Assembly (NCBI GenBank): GCA_965213685.1
Contig: CBDBZY010000013.1
Location: 1 to 64,000, forward strand
Direction: 5' to 3'
Length of the DNA stretch: 64,000 nucleotides
Origin: a bacterium
GTDB lineage: Bacteria; UBA8248
The position numbers were made by a program, and so were the translations under genes. Of the stretch, positions 10,951 to 20,480 are shown piece by piece. Under the pieces are notes generated by a model that searched no databases, was not told where the DNA came from, and saw nothing but the letters and a program-made list of their open reading frames with translations. Within the stretch, counting starts at the first letter, position 1, and each line of letters opens with the position of its first letter.

Positions 10951-11637
10951 ACGGCGACCCGCTTCGTCGAGGAGGGCGCGCGGGTGGCCATCATGGGGCG
11001 CGACGAGGCGCGGGGCGCCGCGGCGATAGCCGGGGTGCGCGCGCGCGGCGAGGCCATATACGTTCCGGGCGACGCCGCTCAAAAGAAGGACGTCGACCGC
11101 CTTTTTTCCCGGACGCTCGGCGCGTGGGGCCGCCTCGACATTCTGGTGAACTGCGCGGGCGGCTTCCTGGAGAACCCGCCGCTGGAGGACCTCGACGAGG
11201 CGGAGTGGGGGCGGATCATGGACTGGAACCTGACGAGCTGCTATTTCGCCAGCCGCGCCGCCGCCGCGCCGATGAAGCGGGCGGGCTACGGCCGCATCGT
11301 GAACATCTCCTCCATCTCCGCCCGCGACGCCCTGCCGAGCATCTCGCTGGCCTACAGCGCGGCGAAATCCGCGATGCAGGGCTTCACGAGGAGGCTCGCC
11401 GTGGAGCTCGCACCCCACGGAGTCACGGTGAACGCGGTGGCTCCGGGCGCCACGCTCACCAGGCGCTTTCGTCTCGTGCACGGGGAGCGCGTGCCGGAGA
11501 TGGTGGCGCGCCTGCCCGTGGGCTTCGGCGGCGCGCCCGAGGACGTCGCCGACGCGGTCTGGTATTTCTCCACCCCGGGTTCGGGCTACATCACGGGCGT
11601 CACCATCGACGTGAACGGCGGGCAATACGTCCACTAG
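10951..11637 (+). CDS. SDR family oxidoreductase, 5'-truncated
   Basis: LDILVNCAG, IVNISS, YSAAK, VNAVAPG, ITGVTIDVNGG; GxxxGxG motif missing at the junction. Confidence 0.9.
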   Translation, partial: TATRFVEEGARVAIMGRDEARGAAAIAGVRARGEAIYVPGDAAQKKDVDRLFSRTLGAWGRLDILVNCAGGFLENPPLEDLDEAEWGRIMDWNLTSCYFASRAAAAPMKRAGYGRIVNISSISARDALPSISLAYSAAKSAMQGFTRRLAVELAPHGVTVNAVAPGATLTRRFRLVHGERVPEMVARLPVGFGGAPEDVADAVWYFSTPGSGYITGVTIDVNGGQYVH

Positions 11638-11736
11638 CGGGGGCGTCCGGGCGGATTCGTGCTATCATGCGCGCGCCCGAGGGGGGCCGCTGGAAGCCGC
11701 GCGGATTATCCGCCGATCGTCAAGGGAGCCAAAAAA

Positions 11737-12135
11737 ATGAGACGCCTCGTTCGCCACGCCGCTCTGGCGGTGCTCGCCGCCGCCCTCGTTTTTCCGCAGG
11801 CCGCACGCGCCGAGAATCGCTGGCAAGCCTATGAGAGCGGGGCGTTCGCCCGCGCCCAAAGCGCCGGCCAGACGATTTTCGTGTCCGTTCACGCGGACTG
11901 GTGAAGCACCTGCCAGCGGCAGTTGCCGCTGCTTCAATCCGTTCTGAAAGACGAGAGGTTTCGGGGCGCCGCCGCCTTCTCCGTGGATTTCGACTCCCAT
12001 CGCGACTTTCTGCGCGCGCACCGCGTGCGCTGGCAATCGACGCTCATCGTCTTCAAGGGCGCCGAGGAGAGGGGCCGCTCGGTCGCGGATGTCGAGGAGG
12101 CGAGCGTCAAAAAGCTTTTTGAGCGCGGCCTGTAG
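11737..12135 (+). CDS. Secreted thioredoxin-family selenoprotein (W-U-S-T-C)
   Basis: Signal peptide; VSVHADW-TGA(11902-04)-STC continues in frame into the Trx C-terminus (VDFD..QSTLIVFKG); hairpin downstream. Confidence 0.85.
11914..11931 (+). promoter_or_regulatory. Putative SECIS element
   Basis: Perfect 7-bp stem CAGCGGC/GCCGCTG, loop AGTT, 16 nt after the TGA. Confidence 0.75.
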
Positions 12136-12179
12136 GCGGCGGGAGTGCCCGGCGGACCGGCGCGCCTCCCTTGTGCCCG

Positions 12180-13235
12180 TCACGCCCGCGGCGAGACGGC
12201 CGCCTCCCCGTCCCGGACGGAGATGTCCGCGCCATAGGGGGCGGAGAGTTTTTTCATGGCGGAGACAATCTCCCGGCCCTCTCCCCTGCCCGGCGACAGC
12301 AGCCGGGGTGCGCCACCCACGCCGCAGCGGCACGGGAGCAGATGCAGGTCGGCCAGCCCCTCCTTCGTCATCCGCCCGCCGAGCAGAAACGTCTGGCGCG
12401 CCGCCTCCGTGAAGAATGGCTCGACCTCGTCGAAGATGAGGTTTCCGGTGCAGTGGACGATGGGGCGGCGCTTGTAGAACTCGATGGCGGAGAGCACGTG
12501 CTGGTGCCCTCCGAAGACGGCGCAGGCGCCAGCGTCGACCGCCGCGCGCCCGATCTCCCGCTGGTGCGCATGTACCTCGTGGCGCATGCTCGCCCCCCAG
12601 TGCTGATAGACGAAGACGAGGTCGGCCCGCCGCCTCAGGCTGCGGACGTCGCGCTTCATCCGCGCGAGGTCGCCCGCCACCGCCCAGGAGTGGATGACGG
12701 GTTCGGAGGCGGGGTATTCCTCCAGGTTTCTCAGCGGCGTGTAGGACGTGATGACGCGCAGCGGATTCACGCCAGGCTCGTTCGCCCCCGCCGCATGGCC
12801 CTGCGGCAGCGTCGAGGAGTAGGCGAGCAGGCCGACTCTCAGCCCGCCGCGCTCGAGAACGAGGGGGACGCGCGCCTCGCGCAGGCTCATGCCCGCGCCC
12901 GTGAAGGGGATGGCGGCGGCGCGGAGCGTCTCCATCGTCTGCTCGAGCGAGGGGACGCCAAAGTCGAGGATGTGGTTGTTCGCGATTCCCACGCCGTCCA
13001 GGCCGGCGTCTGCCAGGCCGGCGACGAGCGCCGGCTTCCCCCGGTGGCTGGTCGGTTTTCCCTTCATGAGCGCGCCGCGATCGGAGAGCGCGTTCTCCAG
13101 GTTCAGAAAAGAGAAATCCGCCTCCCGGAACAACCGCTCCAGGCGGCCGAACATCCCCCTGGCCGATTTCCGGTCCGGCGCGAGGTCGCCGCCCGTGAGA
13201 AAGGAGGGGGCCGCTTCGGGAATATCCGGCTTCAT
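12180..13235 (-). CDS. CapA/PGA_cap family metallophosphatase-fold protein
   Basis: GGD, NLEN, ANNHILDFG, HWG, GGHQHV, GNLIFD motifs. Confidence 0.9.
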   Translation of the reverse strand: MKPDIPEAAPSFLTGGDLAPDRKSARGMFGRLERLFREADFSFLNLENALSDRGALMKGKPTSHRGKPALVAGLADAGLDGVGIANNHILDFGVPSLEQTMETLRAAAIPFTGAGMSLREARVPLVLERGGLRVGLLAYSSTLPQGHAAGANEPGVNPLRVITSYTPLRNLEEYPASEPVIHSWAVAGDLARMKRDVRSLRRRADLVFVYQHWGASMRHEVHAHQREIGRAAVDAGACAVFGGHQHVLSAIEFYKRRPIVHCTGNLIFDEVEPFFTEAARQTFLLGGRMTKEGLADLHLLPCRCGVGGAPRLLSPGRGEGREIVSAMKKLSAPYGADISVRDGEAAVSPRA

Positions 13236-14263
13236 CTGGCGTCCTCTCGTGAAAGAAGGTGGGGGGAGGCCGCCCGCAGCGCATCGGCGGCGCGCTCCGG
13301 AGCCACCTCGTTGACGTGCGTCCCCAGGCCCGCCTCGAGGCCCGCGAGGGGGACGAGTCGGGGGAACAGTTCGATGTGCCAGCGGTGCGCCCCGAGGCCC
13401 TCCTCCGCGCCCCCGGCTTCCAGGAAGAAAGAGACGGTGACGGGCGGGTCGCGCAGGCACGCCTTGTAGCGCCTGAGCGTTCTCGCCAGAGCGCCCCCCA
13501 CCGCGGCGAGCGTCGGGGGTGCGCTGTCCGCGAAGGAGGTTTCCGTCGGCCAGGGGGTGATGCAGGCGAGATAGGGGAGGCGCGACCCCCAGGGGCAGAA
13601 CACGGCGGCGCCCTCCGCTCCCGTTTCCACCATTCGTTCTCTCCGCGCGCGCTCCGAGCGGACCATGTGCTCCAGAAGCGCCTCTTTTCGCTCCTCGTGG
13701 AACGCGGCCTCCGCGTCGCGTTTTCTCGCCGCGCGGCCCGTCCGGACGGGGAGGGCGAGTATCTGGATGTGCGAGTGGAGGACGGAGGCGCCCGACAGGG
13801 CGCCGTGATTCTTGAAGATGGAGACGGATCGGACGCCGGGGTCCTTCATGAGCGCCCGCGTCCTGCGCTGGAGCAGGCACAGGACGTCGCCCGCGTGCGC
13901 GTCGCTCAGGTCGGCCAGGCCTTTTGCGTGATGGGGCGAATCGATCAGCACCTCGTGGCGCCCTCCGCCCCGGCGGGAGAGAAAAATGTCCCCTCCCCCG
14001 CGAACGGGCTCCTCCCGGCGGATGGCGGGGTACTTGTTCGCCACGCAGCGCGCGCGCCAGCCGGGTGCGTTCTCCTCTCCGCTCTCCCGGATGGCGTCGA
14101 CCTCGGGCGGCGTTTCCCCCTCGTTGCCCGGGCAAAAGGGACAGCGCGGGTCGCTTTCGACGGGCGTCGCGCCTGCGTGGTGCGCGGGACGCGGGCGTGC
14201 GCCCCGCCCGGGGGCGATGAGCGTCCATTGGCCGCCGTGCGGGTCGTATCGGAGTTCAGGCAT
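13232..14263 (-). CDS. galT: Galactose-1-phosphate uridylyltransferase-like HIT protein
   Basis: ELRYDP, CPFCPGNE, NKYPA, HEV, FKNHG..SGASVLHSHIQ, HRWHIE. Confidence 0.8.
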   Translation of the reverse strand: MPELRYDPHGGQWTLIAPGRGARPRPAHHAGATPVESDPRCPFCPGNEGETPPEVDAIRESGEENAPGWRARCVANKYPAIRREEPVRGGGDIFLSRRGGGRHEVLIDSPHHAKGLADLSDAHAGDVLCLLQRRTRALMKDPGVRSVSIFKNHGALSGASVLHSHIQILALPVRTGRAARKRDAEAAFHEERKEALLEHMVRSERARRERMVETGAEGAAVFCPWGSRLPYLACITPWPTETSFADSAPPTLAAVGGALARTLRRYKACLRDPPVTVSFFLEAGGAEEGLGAHRWHIELFPRLVPLAGLEAGLGTHVNEVAPERAADALRAASPHLLSREDAR

Positions 14264-14425
14264 GAGCGCATCGAATCGTCCGGGCGCGTTGGGATGACGA
14301 GGAGGATGGTAGCACAAAGGGCGCCCGGGGGCGATTTGCGCTTTCTCGCCCATTCGCGGTAAGGTTTCATAACCTTTTAAACATGGAGGACTCGCTCTGC
14401 TTTTCTCTGCGACAGGAGGCCAGAC

Positions 14426-15454
14426 ATGAGGTTCAGGGCTCTGTTGTTCGCCGCCGCACTCGGCCTGGCGACGGCCCTCGCCGCACCCCCCAGGTCGGAA
14501 GCCGCCTGCAAGGTTCGTATCGGCGACCTCAACTGGGACAGTGCCAACTTCCACGCCCAGGTGGCCGCCTTCATCCTGGAGCACGGCTACGGCTGTGACG
14601 TTGCGCTCGCCTACGGCGGCACGCTGCCGATCATGGCGGCGCACTACGCGGGGAAAAACGATCTGATCATGGAGCTCTGGTACGGCAACGTTAAGGATGA
14701 GTACGACGCGGCCAGCAAATCCGGCAAGGTCAGGATGGCGGGCGTCAACACGCCGGACAGCGTGCAGGCCTGGTACATGCCGCGCTATGTCCAGAGGGCG
14801 AACCCGGGACTCAGGTCGGTTCACGATCTGAAGAAGTACAAGCGTCTCTTCCAGGATCCCGAAGATCCCTCCAGGGGCCGGTTCGTGAACTGCGTCACCG
14901 GCTGGGGCTGCGAGGCCATCAACACGGTCAAGCTGCGCGCCTACGGGCTCGATAGGGACTTCACCAATTTCCGGCCCGCCTCAGGCGACGCGCTCGCGGC
15001 GGCGATCAGGGACGCCTACCGGAAGAGGAAGCCGGTGTTGGCCTATTACTGGGCGCCGACGTCCCTCCTGGGCGAGCTCGACCTCGTGAAGCTCGAGGAG
15101 CCTGCGTGGAACAAGGCCGACTGGGACGAGATGATGAAGCACGTCGATGCGCTGCGGAAGGGCGGTGCGGGCGCCATGGGCAACCCGGCCAGGGCGACCG
15201 CTTACCGAGGCATGGGGTTGCGCAAGTCGGTCACCGCCGGGTTCGCGGCCCGGAACCCCCGGGTCGTCGCTTTCATCAAAAAATACACCCTGCCCTCGAA
15301 AGTCGTCTCGCGGGCGCTGGCCTATCTCGGAAAAGAGGCTGGCGGCGACGCCCGCACCGCCGCCATCCACTTCCTCCGGACCAACGGCGTCTGGAAGGGC
15401 TGGGCGCCGGCTGATGTCGTCCGGAAGGTCGAGGCGGCGCTCGCCTCCGCCTGA
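14426..15454 (+). CDS. Glycine betaine/proline ABC transporter substrate-binding protein (ProX/OpuAC family)
   Basis: Signal peptide; LNWDSA, MELW, FQDPEDPSRGRF.NC..GWGC, YYWAPT. Confidence 0.9.
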   Translation: MRFRALLFAAALGLATALAAPPRSEAACKVRIGDLNWDSANFHAQVAAFILEHGYGCDVALAYGGTLPIMAAHYAGKNDLIMELWYGNVKDEYDAASKSGKVRMAGVNTPDSVQAWYMPRYVQRANPGLRSVHDLKKYKRLFQDPEDPSRGRFVNCVTGWGCEAINTVKLRAYGLDRDFTNFRPASGDALAAAIRDAYRKRKPVLAYYWAPTSLLGELDLVKLEEPAWNKADWDEMMKHVDALRKGGAGAMGNPARATAYRGMGLRKSVTAGFAARNPRVVAFIKKYTLPSKVVSRALAYLGKEAGGDARTAAIHFLRTNGVWKGWAPADVVRKVEAALASA

Positions 15455-15499
15455 GTTGCGCACCCGCCCGACGCCCCGCAATCGCTCGGGAGGGGGGCT

Positions 15500-15810
15500 C
15501 GTCGTGGAGGTTCTGCGCGGACTGCGCCCGCCGGGGCTGGACCCTCATGCAGACCGTGCCGGGTTTCGTCTGTCTCGTTCCGGCGATCATGCCGTTCGGC
15601 CTCGGCGCCGTGATCTGCGCCGTCCCCGCCGCCGATCCGTCTGACCGACCCCGATATTCTTCGCGCGGACGATCCTTTCAGCGCCCTTGACGCCACTTGA
15701 GAGGGACGGCGAAGCTGACCGGGCGAGCGGGCCGGAGGAGATTCTGTTGAACCCGGCCGCCGACTGCGTGATGGACGTGAAACGCGGCCACGTGGTGCCG
15801 GCGGGACTGC
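15500..15810 (+). pseudogene. Collapsed remnants of proW (permease) and proV (ATPase)
   Basis: LMQTVPGFVCLVPAIMPFGLG and PPIRLTD (ProW); DPDILRADDPFSALD and GPEEILLNPAAD (ProV); no intact ORF. Confidence 0.7.
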
Positions 15811-16035
15811 CCTCTCGCGCGGACTCGCCGACCATGCTGGAGGGGAGCGCCTCGGGTGCGCTGGTTTCCCGCCATCCCGCCGCCTGGAGCGAGGCCTCTC
15901 CTTTGCAGGCTGCGCAAAACGGAGGAGGCTGGATCATTTTCTCCGGGTGTGGCATTTCCAGGGAGCGCGCGGAAGGCGGGAGCGCATGAGGGGGCCCGCT
16001 CTGACGGAGGCGATGAGGGGGGGGTGGTCGGGAGG

Positions 16036-17460
16036 ATGAGCGGTTCGGAGCGAGAGACCATCGTCGCGCTGTCCACGGCCCCCGGGCGCGGGGCGATAGC
16101 CATCGTTCGCCTGAGCGGCGAGCGGTCGCTGCCGATTCTCAGGGGGATTTTCGCGCCCCGAAAGGCCAGGAGCGCCTTCCCCCGCGGACGGCCCGTGCTG
16201 GGGTGCTTTCTCGATGACGGCGAAGCCTTTGACGAGGGCGTGGCGGTGTATCATCCGGCGCCTGCGTCCTGTACCGGCGAGGACGTGGTCGAGATGCATT
16301 GCCACGGCGGCCCGGCCATCGTGCAAGCCATTTTGCGTCTCGCGCGCGAGATGGGCGCCAGGCCCGCGCAGCCGGGCGAGTTCACCCGACGCGCTTTTCT
16401 GGAGGGAAAGATCGACCTGCTCCAGGCCGAGGCAGTGGCGGATCTGGTGATGGCGCAAACCCAGAAGGCGGCGAAGGCCGCGCTCCACCATCTGGAGGGG
16501 CGGCTCTCCTCGGTCCTGGAGGAGGTGTGGGAGAAGGTGGTGGAGGCGGGCGCGCACATCGAGGCGGCCATCGATTTTCCCGACGAGTTTGAGCCGGGGG
16601 CGGGTCCGTCGGTTTCGGGGGCGCCCATGGGAGGCGCGCAACTCGCCGACCTTTTCGCGGAAATCGAGGAGGCCCTCGAAGGGCTCGTCCTCAGCTATCG
16701 CTTCGGCAGAATCCTCAGGGAGGGCGCGCGGGTGGCGATACTCGGGAGGCCCAACGCGGGCAAGTCCACCCTCCTGAACGGATTGCTGGGCACCAGGCGC
16801 GCCATCACCAGCGCGGTTCCGGGCACCACGCGGGATACGGTGGAGGAGGTGTGCGACATAGGGGGCGTGCCGGTGCGGCTCATCGACACGGCGGGGCTGC
16901 GGGAGGCCGGGGATCCGGTAGAGGTCGAGGGCACCGAGCGGGCGCGCAGGGCGGCGGCGGCGGCCGACCTCTGCCTGATGGTGATGGACATCACGCGGGG
17001 CGTCGGGGAAATCGGGTGGGCCGCGCAGGAGGCGCGCGCAGAAAAACGGCGCAACTTGTTTTTATTCAACAAGATAGACAAGGTTTCCCTGGAGCGGAGG
17101 GAAGGGGCGCGCGCTTTTTTCCGCGAGGCGGGGACGGACGGCGGCGACCCCGTTTTCATCTCCGCCCGCACGGGCGAGGGGTTGCCCGCGCTGCGCGAGG
17201 CGATGGCGCGCGTTTTGATGGATGAGGACGGGCTCTCGGGCGCCGAGTCGGTGCTCACGCGCGAGCGCCACCACGGCCAGATACTCCAATGCCTGGCGGC
17301 GGCGCGGCGCGCGAAGGCGGGAGCGATGGACGCGGCCTCGCCGGAGCTGGTGGCGGTTCATCTGAACGAAGCGCAGGCTGCGCTCGCCGAACTTTTGGGG
17401 AAAGATTACGGACAGGTGCTGCTGGACAGGATTTTCTCCACGTTTTGCATCGGCAAATAG
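16036..17460 (+). CDS. mnmE: tRNA modification GTPase MnmE
   Basis: GEDVVEMHCHGG, PGEFTRRAF, GRPNAGKS, GTTRD, DTAG, NKID, FSTFCIGK. Confidence 0.97.
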   Translation: MSGSERETIVALSTAPGRGAIAIVRLSGERSLPILRGIFAPRKARSAFPRGRPVLGCFLDDGEAFDEGVAVYHPAPASCTGEDVVEMHCHGGPAIVQAILRLAREMGARPAQPGEFTRRAFLEGKIDLLQAEAVADLVMAQTQKAAKAALHHLEGRLSSVLEEVWEKVVEAGAHIEAAIDFPDEFEPGAGPSVSGAPMGGAQLADLFAEIEEALEGLVLSYRFGRILREGARVAILGRPNAGKSTLLNGLLGTRRAITSAVPGTTRDTVEEVCDIGGVPVRLIDTAGLREAGDPVEVEGTERARRAAAAADLCLMVMDITRGVGEIGWAAQEARAEKRRNLFLFNKIDKVSLERREGARAFFREAGTDGGDPVFISARTGEGLPALREAMARVLMDEDGLSGAESVLTRERHHGQILQCLAAARRAKAGAMDAASPELVAVHLNEAQAALAELLGKDYGQVLLDRIFSTFCIGK

Positions 17461-17528
17461 CGAAAAACGCCGAAGGGGCCGACATGCTCCCGATGTTTTG
17501 ACGCGCATTCGGAAAGGGGGTCTTCGTC

Positions 17529-19458
17529 TTGGATTTTCGGTATGACGTCATCGTAGTGGGCGGCGGACACGCCGGCTGCGAGGCCGCTCTGGCGGCGGCG
17601 CGAATGGGCGCCCGGACCATGATGCTCACCATGAACCTCGACACCGTGGGGCTCATGTCGTGCAATCCGGCGATCGGCGGGCTGGCCAAGGGCGTCCTGG
17701 TGCGCGAGGTGGACGCCCTCGGCGGCGAGATGGCGCGCGCCATCGACGCCACGGGGATTCAGTTCCGGATGCTCAACACGAAAAAGGGCCCGGCCGTGCA
17801 GGCCCTGCGCGCCCAGGCGGACAAGCAGCGGTATCGGGCGCACATGAAAAACAAGGTGGAGAGCCAGGAAAACCTTCACCTCAAGCAGGGGATGGTGCAG
17901 AGGCTTCTGGTGGAGGGAGGGGCGATAGCAGGCCTCCAGGACCATTTCGGGGGGAATCTACCGCTCCCGGGCGCTTGTTCTCACGCCGGGAACCTTCACG
18001 CGCGGCCTCCTTCACTATGGCGACAGAAAGGTGGAGGGCGGGCGCGCGGGCGAGGGTTCGGCGAACGGGCTGACGGGGCAACTCGTCTCCTTCGGTTTTT
18101 CCCTGGGTCGGATGAAAACGGGAACGCCTCCCAGGATTGACGCAAAATCGGTTGATTTTCCATCCCTTGGCGTCCAGCCCGGAGACGACCCGCCCCTGCC
18201 GTTCTCCTACCGGACCCCCGCCATCGAGCAGGAGCAGATGCCTTGCTGGATCGCCTACACGAACCCCGGGACGCACGAGGTGATTCGGGAGAACATCGAG
18301 CGCGCTCCGATGTACAATGGCCAGATCGACGCGGTCGGCGTTCGGTACTGCCCGAGCATCGAAGACAAGGTCATGCGATTCGAGGAGAAGGGGGAGCACC
18401 AGATATTTCTGGAGCCGGAGGGGCGTGAGACTTGTGAAATCTACCTGAACGGGCTCTCCACCAGCCTTCCGGCCGACGTCCAGTTCCGCATGCTGCGCAC
18501 CATCAAGGGACTCGAGAGGGCCGAGATGATGCGCGCGGGCTACGCCGTGGAGTATGACTATGTGGAGCCGACGGAGCTGACGCCGAGCCTGATGACGAAA
18601 AAGGTGCCGGGGCTGTTTCACGCGGGCCAAATCAACGGGACGACCGGCTACGAGGAGGCCGCGGCCCAAGGAATTGTCGCGGGGATCAACGCGGCGCGGC
18701 ATGCGGGGGGTGGCGCTCCGATCGTTCTGGGCCGGGAGGAGGCGTACGTTGGCGTTTTGATTGACGATCTTGTCACCAAGGGAGTCGCCGAGCCGTACCG
18801 GATGTTCACCAGCCGGGCCGAGCACAGGCTCTTGCTGCGTCATGACAACGCGGATTTTCGGTTGATGGAGACGGGCCGCCGGGTCGGCTCTCTGGACGAA
18901 GGCGCGTATCGCGCCTTCCGGAGGAAAGCGGCGCGCGCGCGCGAGGCCATCGACTACCTGGAGTCCACGACGGTGAACCCCAGGCCAGGCGTTCGGGGCG
19001 TCATGGAGGAGGCGGGCGCCAGACCGCTGAAAAAACCCGCGACCCTCGGCGACATTCTCCGGAGGCCGGAATCCGGGCCGGAGCTGGTGCGGCGGGTCGA
19101 TGCCATGGGTCCCGGCCGCTTCCGGGAGATTTGGGAGGGGCTGGACGGAGAATCGCGGCGTTACGTGCTGGCGGAAATCAAATACAAGGAATACTTTGAG
19201 AGGGAATACCGGCAGGTCTCCCATCTGAGAATGGCGGACAGGGTGAGAATCCCCAGGGGCATCTCCTATGCCGATGTGGGCCACCTGACCGCCGAGGTGC
19301 GGGAGAGGCTTCAGGAGATACGCCCCCGAACCCTCGGGCAGGCGAGCCGCATATCGGGCGTGACGCCGGCCGCAATCGCCGTCCTGGAGGTCTATCTGCG
19401 AAAACGAGGCGGCGGCGCCGGAAGCCGGGCGCCCGCACCCGCTCGCGGGGGCGGATAA
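17529..19458 (+). CDS. mnmG: tRNA modification enzyme MnmG/GidA, +1 frameshift in G6 at 17949-17954
   Basis: [53 protein letters not shown]. Confidence 0.95.
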
Positions 19459-19487
19459 CCCATGAGGCCCCTCGTCGAAGGTTCGAT

Positions 19488-19503
19488 TGTTCCACGTGGA
19501 ACA
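19488..19503. promoter_or_regulatory. parS: parS centromere site 1
   Basis: Perfect palindrome TGTTCCACGTGGAACA upstream of parA. Confidence 0.92.
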
Positions 19504-19523
19504 TGCGCCTTGGGGAGAGGTTT

Positions 19524-19539
19524 TGTTTCACGTGAAACT
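19524..19539. promoter_or_regulatory. parS: parS centromere site 2
   Basis: TGTTTCACGTGAAACT, 15/16 match to TGTTTCACGTGAAACA. Confidence 0.88.
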
Positions 19540-19625
19540 TTTTGTTGAGTTTTCCCGGGCGATATGAGAATCTTCGCGGGCCGGGATGCAGTTTACGTCC
19601 GCTCTGTCCGTTCTGAAAAAGAGAC

Positions 19626-20480
19626 ATGAAAACGAGATTTCACGCGACGTCTTCATCCGATGGCCAGGAGAGCGGCGCAAGGGAGGGCGGGTGCGCGGTT
19701 GTGGCTGTCGTGAACCAAAAGGGAGGCGTCGGCAAAACGACGACGGCCGTCAATCTGGCGGCCTGCCTTGCCGTGGCGGATGAGCCGACCCTGCTGGTCG
19801 ATCTGGACCCGCAATCCAACGCAACGAGCAATTTTGCTATATTTTCGCCACCCCCCTCCCTGTATCGCGCCCTGGTTCTGGATGAGCCGATTCATGATGA
19901 ATCCTTGCATCATACGGAAATAAAAGGGCTCAGGGTTCTGCCCTCCACCGCGGGACTGGCGGGTGCGGAGGTGGAGCTCGCCGAACTGCCGAAAAGAGAG
20001 GCGCGCCTGCTCCGCGCTCTTGGGCCGGTGAAAAGCCGGTTTCGGCACATCCTGATCGACTGCCCCCCCTCCCTCGGCTTTCTCACCCTGAATGGCTTGC
20101 GGGCGGCCGACGAGGTGCTGATACCCATCCAGGCGGAGTATTTCGCCCTGGAGGGCCTGGCGAGACTGATGAAGACGATAGGCCGGGTGCGTCAAAATGT
20201 GCATCCCGGCCTGCGGATAGGCGGAATTCTGCTGACCATGTATGATTCGAGGACGAATCTTTCCCGCCAGGTGCGCGAGGACCTGAAGTCCCATCTGCCG
20301 GAGCTGGTGTATCGAGCGGTGATTCCCCGAAACGTGCGCCTGGCGGAGGCGCCGAGCCACGGGAAGCCCGTGATTGCATACGACATCTCCTCGCCGGGTG
20401 CCCAGGCGTATCTTGCGTTGGCGAGCGAGTTCTTGACGCGCTCGAAACAGAGGACGGAAAGCGAGGCATGGCGACCATAA
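19626..20480 (+). CDS. parA: Chromosome partitioning ATPase ParA/Soj
   Basis: NQKGGVGKTTT, DLDPQSNAT, IDCPPSLG, RNVRLAEAPSHG. Confidence 0.96.
   Translation: MKTRFHATSSSDGQESGAREGGCAVVAVVNQKGGVGKTTTAVNLAACLAVADEPTLLVDLDPQSNATSNFAIFSPPPSLYRALVLDEPIHDESLHHTEIKGLRVLPSTAGLAGAEVELAELPKREARLLRALGPVKSRFRHILIDCPPSLGFLTLNGLRAADEVLIPIQAEYFALEGLARLMKTIGRVRQNVHPGLRIGGILLTMYDSRTNLSRQVREDLKSHLPELVYRAVIPRNVRLAEAPSHGKPVIAYDISSPGAQAYLALASEFLTRSKQRTESEAWRP

Noticed and set aside
17940-17960. Programmed frameshift or true pseudogene in mnmG
   Set aside because: Single extra base in a G run, with the same pattern in three other genes; sequencing error is more likely
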